Below, piece by piece: positions 26,116-28,203 of a DNA stretch of 28,203 bases. The position numbers and the translations under genes were made by a program. Source of the DNA: Actinomycetota bacterium. GTDB lineage: Bacteria; Actinomycetota; Acidimicrobiia; Acidimicrobiales; Ilumatobacteraceae. The stretch spans positions 1 through 28,203 of the forward strand of contig WLTJ01000001.1 in assembly GCA_009705435.1 (NCBI GenBank), written 5' to 3'. The first letter of the stretch is position 1, and the number at the start of each line of letters is the position of its first letter. Under the pieces are notes generated by a model, which was not told the DNA's origin, did no database searches, and saw only the letters and a list, made by a program, of their open reading frames with translations.

Positions 26116-27552
26116 TCATCCCGGAATCGCCAAAGACCCGCTGCGGCCGCCCAAGGTTGAAGTTCGTTCAAGTCGGCGCTCAACGAGAAGATTTTGAGTG
26201 CCCACAATCTCTAGCGCTCGGCCTAGAGCTAGATCATCAAGCAAATCAATGGAAATAATGCCATTTGCGACAAGGGTTATGTCAATCAAACCAGGGACTG
26301 GTTCCTCGCCACCAGGACCAACTGAAAAGACGGTCACAAGAGCGTCGGCGGAAGATGTATTGAGCACGACCAAGGCATCCTTCAGAGCGATTTTGATACT
26401 CGTAGGCACGCTCCATCTCATTGAGCGTGCGCCCTCTTGTCCACCAAGAACAACTGAGGTGACGACACTGGTTCCCGCAGGCCTAGTGAGAATTCGCTCC
26501 ACCACCAAGTTGTCTCCCGACTGACTCGAGATCACCGCACCATGAAGACCATCAGGCATCCCCACCAATGCCGACGTATTGAAGGCCACAACATCATGGG
26601 CAGGAATCGTCAGAGTTGTTGCTGGTGGATCGACGGCGTCCTCCAGTCCAAGAATCAGCACATTTGCTGAAACCTGTTCGTCCGAGGGATTGAAAATCAT
26701 TAAGGTCTCGGTCATCCCCGTTCCCTTTTCACCATCTGCAAACCACCACTGATCCGACATTGAAGGACTGCCGAGCGCAAGTACATAGCCCAGTCGCCCC
26801 GCTCCAAGGAAATGTTGCTCTTTGGCGGCAACGATTTGACCAGCAGTTGCATTGACGCTGATTGCCAAAATCTTTTCATCTCTGAACCCAGCATCTGCAA
26901 TATTCAAAACTCGAATTGACTGAGGGGGGATGACATATCCATCCAAGTTTTGCGGAGAGCGAAATCCTTTTTCCGTACTCACGCCAATATTAAGAATTGC
27001 TGGAGTCAGATATGGATTAGTTAAAAGGATTCGAAACTCTGAAGATTCAGCCGTGAATCCATCGGCGAAATACCACTCACTCGATGTGCTATTCGAACAT
27101 GGGGATACTGCCGAACCAGCCGGATGGATTGCCCGTTGCTCAACGCTCGCCGCAGAATCGCTCACTTCAACGTAACTACTGGCGTAACGGGCGCTGGCCA
27201 AAGCATCAATATCCACCGTCAACTGGCTTCGCGCCTCAACCACAATCTGCTCTCGCACGGGATCCTGTTCAGTTGTCAAGATCGTCACCACACCGGTAAT
27301 CGGAGCATCCGTTGGATTAGTGACGACAACTTCACCGCCATATTCGCCGTCGCTACTCGGGCCACTGGCGGCAGATCCAGCACACAACCACGTACGCGTG
27401 ATCACTCGCTCATCTTGACGAATTGACGGAGTTCCAAGACGCGTCGCAGCAGAAAAAGTCGGTGGTATATCCGCAGTGTTGTTGTTTGGTATGACAACTG
27501 CCGCTACACACGCGGCGATGATTATGAATATGACTGTGAGTCGCCGAATCAT
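26116..27552 (-). CDS. DUF5719-like exported/anchored protein with four internal repeats
   Basis: N-terminal signal/TM, TWLCAG...PC Cys pair and repeated W-x-F-A-D-G...NP units; ATGA-coupled to the upstream gene. Family name comes from motif and synteny recall. Confidence 0.7.
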   Translation of the reverse strand: MIRRLTVIFIIIAACVAAVVIPNNNTADIPPTFSAATRLGTPSIRQDERVITRTWLCAGSAASGPSSDGEYGGEVVVTNPTDAPITGVVTILTTEQDPVREQIVVEARSQLTVDIDALASARYASSYVEVSDSAASVEQRAIHPAGSAVSPCSNSTSSEWYFADGFTAESSEFRILLTNPYLTPAILNIGVSTEKGFRSPQNLDGYVIPPQSIRVLNIADAGFRDEKILAISVNATAGQIVAAKEQHFLGAGRLGYVLALGSPSMSDQWWFADGEKGTGMTETLMIFNPSDEQVSANVLILGLEDAVDPPATTLTIPAHDVVAFNTSALVGMPDGLHGAVISSQSGDNLVVERILTRPAGTSVVTSVVLGGQEGARSMRWSVPTSIKIALKDALVVLNTSSADALVTVFSVGPGGEEPVPGLIDITLVANGIISIDLLDDLALGRALEIVGTQNLLVERRLERTSTLGGRSGSLAIPG

Positions 27553-28203
27553 TGACTCATGTCCTCAAAGGAGACAACAGGTTCAAGCGATACGGGAATG
27601 ATACGGCGGCCAAAAAAGCGCGGTTGAAAGAGCGCCACGAGAACAATGACCCACAAAATCATTTGCAGCAAAACCCACAAATAACGCGTCACTGGATTGT
27701 CGTAGACAAGACGACCCGAGCCCGCGCTACTTTCAAATGTCATCACTGATCCGAACGAGGCCATCCCAACCACAGATTGACCCGCATTCTGAAGGCGCCA
27801 ACGAGAGTCAAATGGAGTGCCGATATGCAACTGTCCAGCAGGTATTTCCTCAGTGACTGAGCGCCAACTTGCTGTACCAACCAAGGCTGCACGTGAACCC
27901 GATACGTCATTGTCAACTAAGGCCGTGACACCACCAGCGTTTGTGCCTTGTTCGGCACTCAAACTCAACATTGCGGTCACGGGGATCCACTGCATGTTTT
28001 CAAAAATAACCATACTCGTCGGGCTATAGACGGAACGCAGGTCCAATTGAACCCCTAATGACTGTGTTAAACCGCTGGCCACAGGCAGCGGCGAAGCACT
28101 AGTTGACTGCACGCGATCGAGTATCGGTACAACGATGTAGCGAATGCCGAAGGGAGCCATCAGACGACCAACTCGATCTGTTGATCCTTGAGCGATGGCA
28201 TCA
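27549..28203 (-). CDS. C-terminal part of a large membrane protein, probably the GT2-family glycosyltransferase that precedes DUF5719; 5' truncated by the window edge
   Basis: The frame stays open upstream of ATG 28160 to the window end (…DAIAQGSTDRVGRLMAPFGIRYIVVP…) and has a C-terminal TM (YLWVLLQMILWVIVLVALF). GT2 identity is inferred from synteny; no catalytic motif is visible here. Confidence 0.6.
   Translation of the reverse strand, partial: DAIAQGSTDRVGRLMAPFGIRYIVVPILDRVQSTSASPLPVASGLTQSLGVQLDLRSVYSPTSMVIFENMQWIPVTAMLSLSAEQGTNAGGVTALVDNDVSGSRAALVGTASWRSVTEEIPAGQLHIGTPFDSRWRLQNAGQSVVGMASFGSVMTFESSAGSGRLVYDNPVTRYLWVLLQMILWVIVLVALFQPRFFGRRIIPVSLEPVVSFEDMSQ

Noticed and set aside
1-28203. 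Mobile elements, CRISPR arrays, tRNA/rRNA genes, defence systems
   Set aside because: No transposase or integrase motifs and no spaced direct repeats were seen. Intergenic gaps are short and show no cloverleaf-like sequence.

Overview
A gene-dense, mostly housekeeping window from an actinobacterium. The protein styles and gene order suggest Acidimicrobiia or Ilumatobacteraceae-like (inference only, no database search). It holds 28 coding regions. In order: the 3' end of an L,D-transpeptidase (missing from the ORF track), surE, a HAPMO-type Baeyer-Villiger monooxygenase plus crotonase operon, an aquaglyceroporin-arsC arsenic module without a regulator, menB, a SpoU methylase, purU, a group II truncated globin, a second crotonase, secA-prfB-ftsE-ftsX, a HAD phosphatase, comF, ahcY-yczE, Trm112, manB, an 836-aa GT-C-like membrane protein, a CPBP intramembrane protease, DUF3499, ftsH, a membrane-anchored thioredoxin, a four-repeat DUF5719-like protein, and the 3' end of a large membrane protein. 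I saw no mobile elements, CRISPR arrays, tRNAs or rRNAs. Three signals stand out. (1) The ~175-nt region upstream of ahcY has a -10 box, mutually exclusive helices and a U-tailed terminator; it is a candidate unannotated riboswitch/attenuator or an ~80-nt sRNA. (2) A putative envelope glycosylation and processing module (DUF3499-CPBP-GT-C-manB, with the DUF5719/thioredoxin operon nearby). (3) Pervasive leaderless -10/N6-7/start architecture, which also corrects several start codons in the ORF track.
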